Source of the DNA: Okamejei kenojei
Lineage: Eukaryota
Assembly: GCA_035221665.1 (NCBI GenBank)
Contig: CM069135.1
Coordinates: 29,202,001-29,266,000 of the forward strand
Length of the DNA: 64,000 bases
Reading direction: 5' to 3'
Shown here piece after piece: positions 62,965 through 64,000 of the stretch; position 1 is the stretch's first letter; each line of letters starts with the position of its first letter. The notes below the pieces were generated by a model. That model saw only the letters and a list, made by a program, of their open reading frames with translations, had not been told where the DNA came from and did not search any database. A program made the translations under genes and the position numbers.

Positions 62965-64000
62965 TTTTACTTCGGAGTCACGTGAGTGATTCCGTGAAGA
63001 AGACCTGCCAGGCCGCATGCGCACCATGACGTCAGCCGCATTGACGCACGGAGGCTGCAAGGAACAGAGCTCCTCCAGCGGTAAATATTCAGACTCCAGG
63101 TAAGTGACAAAACTTTCACTAGAGTTCGAGTCCGTGCTGGCCGGTACGCTTATCTGCCGATCGCTAGCATGGACAAAACAGGGAAGGGAAAGCGGCGAGT
63201 CGCAACCAGCTGCGGCAGCTCAGGCATGGAAGCGCTGCCTCATACCCCTGTACAGTCGCTAGCTACAGAGTTAGAGACTGCAGACTTAGTGCTACACAGC
63301 ACAGAGCCGCCGCCATTAGGGCGCAAGGCACCTGAAAAGTCTGCTAGGACCACGGAGTCGGGGGATGATTCCTCACCGGGGCTGGATAGAGTGTGTTCAC
63401 ACCTATCCCAAGTGGAGGAGCTGTTGCACACAGTCCTCCGGAGAACTTCACTCCAACAGAAGGAGTGTCAGCGCCTCTCAGAGCCAGAGGCGCCATCAGC
63501 AACAGTGCTGCCAGATAACCCTTTCACTTTTGAAGGGAGTGCAATGGGTCAGATCAGTCCTGATCCCGAATCTGATGGGGAGGTTCAGCCAGGAGAAACA
63601 GTGGAGTTACCAGATGTTCCACCACTGGCACTACCATATGCTGTCCCGTCAGGAGCAGAGGAGCCGCTAGATAAAGAGCTGGCCGCCACAATAAATTACA
63701 TGGCGTCTCATCAGCTCCAGGAGCTCACTATGGATGAGACAGCCAAAAAACATGAGCCTCCAAGCAACTGTGAATTGTTAAAAGTACCAACTGTGAATCA
63801 GGTTATATGGGGACAGATGGGACCCGGCATGTGAAGTCAAGAGATTAAAATGCAGAGGATCCTAAAATTATTGGCTTCTGGCATTACGGCATTCGCAAGA
63901 ACAATGGATGGTGGTTATGTGACCAGAAAACGTCAAGAGGCTCTAGCGTTGCTATGTAATACCCATTTTGAGATCAATTGTCTTAGGAAAAGGGCTATTA
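62965..64000 (+). mobile_element. Second DIRS element, 5' end (left terminal repeat and gag-like ORF1), runs off the window
   Basis: Starts TTTTACTTCGGAGTCACGTGAGTGATTCCGTGAAGA; similar to the reverse complement of 4090-4130. Confidence 0.8.
63169..64000 (+). pseudogene. DIRS gag-like ORF1 with in-frame stop at 63832-63834
   Basis: PPSNCELLKVPTVNQVIW; frame continues past TGA as SQEIKMQRILKLLASG...ALALLCNTHFEINCLRKRAI. Confidence 0.72.

Overview
This is a repeat-dominated eukaryotic window, most likely from an elasmobranch (skate/ray/shark), judged from HE1/V-SINE-like SINEs, HER1/CR1-like LINEs and Penelope-type repeats; the taxon is an inference. No intact host protein-coding gene is recognisable and nearly all track ORFs are TE fragments or noise. 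Supported contents: two degenerate DIRS retrotransposons (the first with an internal inversion splitting its tyrosine recombinase); a 5.5-kb L1-clade LINE with a 17-bp TSD; a full-length Tc1 transposon nested in an L2 nested in a CR1 tail; Rex1, Tx1 and HERO-like LINE fragments; two Harbinger-like MITEs; a 204-bp palindromic MITE; a non-autonomous Helitron with a 1-kb polypyrimidine tract; and a hidden, decayed endogenous retrovirus (gag zinc knuckle, integrase, polypurine tract). The most interesting recurring signal is a dispersed family of Penelope-derived repeats carrying minimal hammerhead-ribozyme cores (CTGANGA-A-GGGTnnnnACCC-GAAACGTC), often as back-to-back palindromic pairs. Boundaries of degenerate repeats are approximate and no database search was run.
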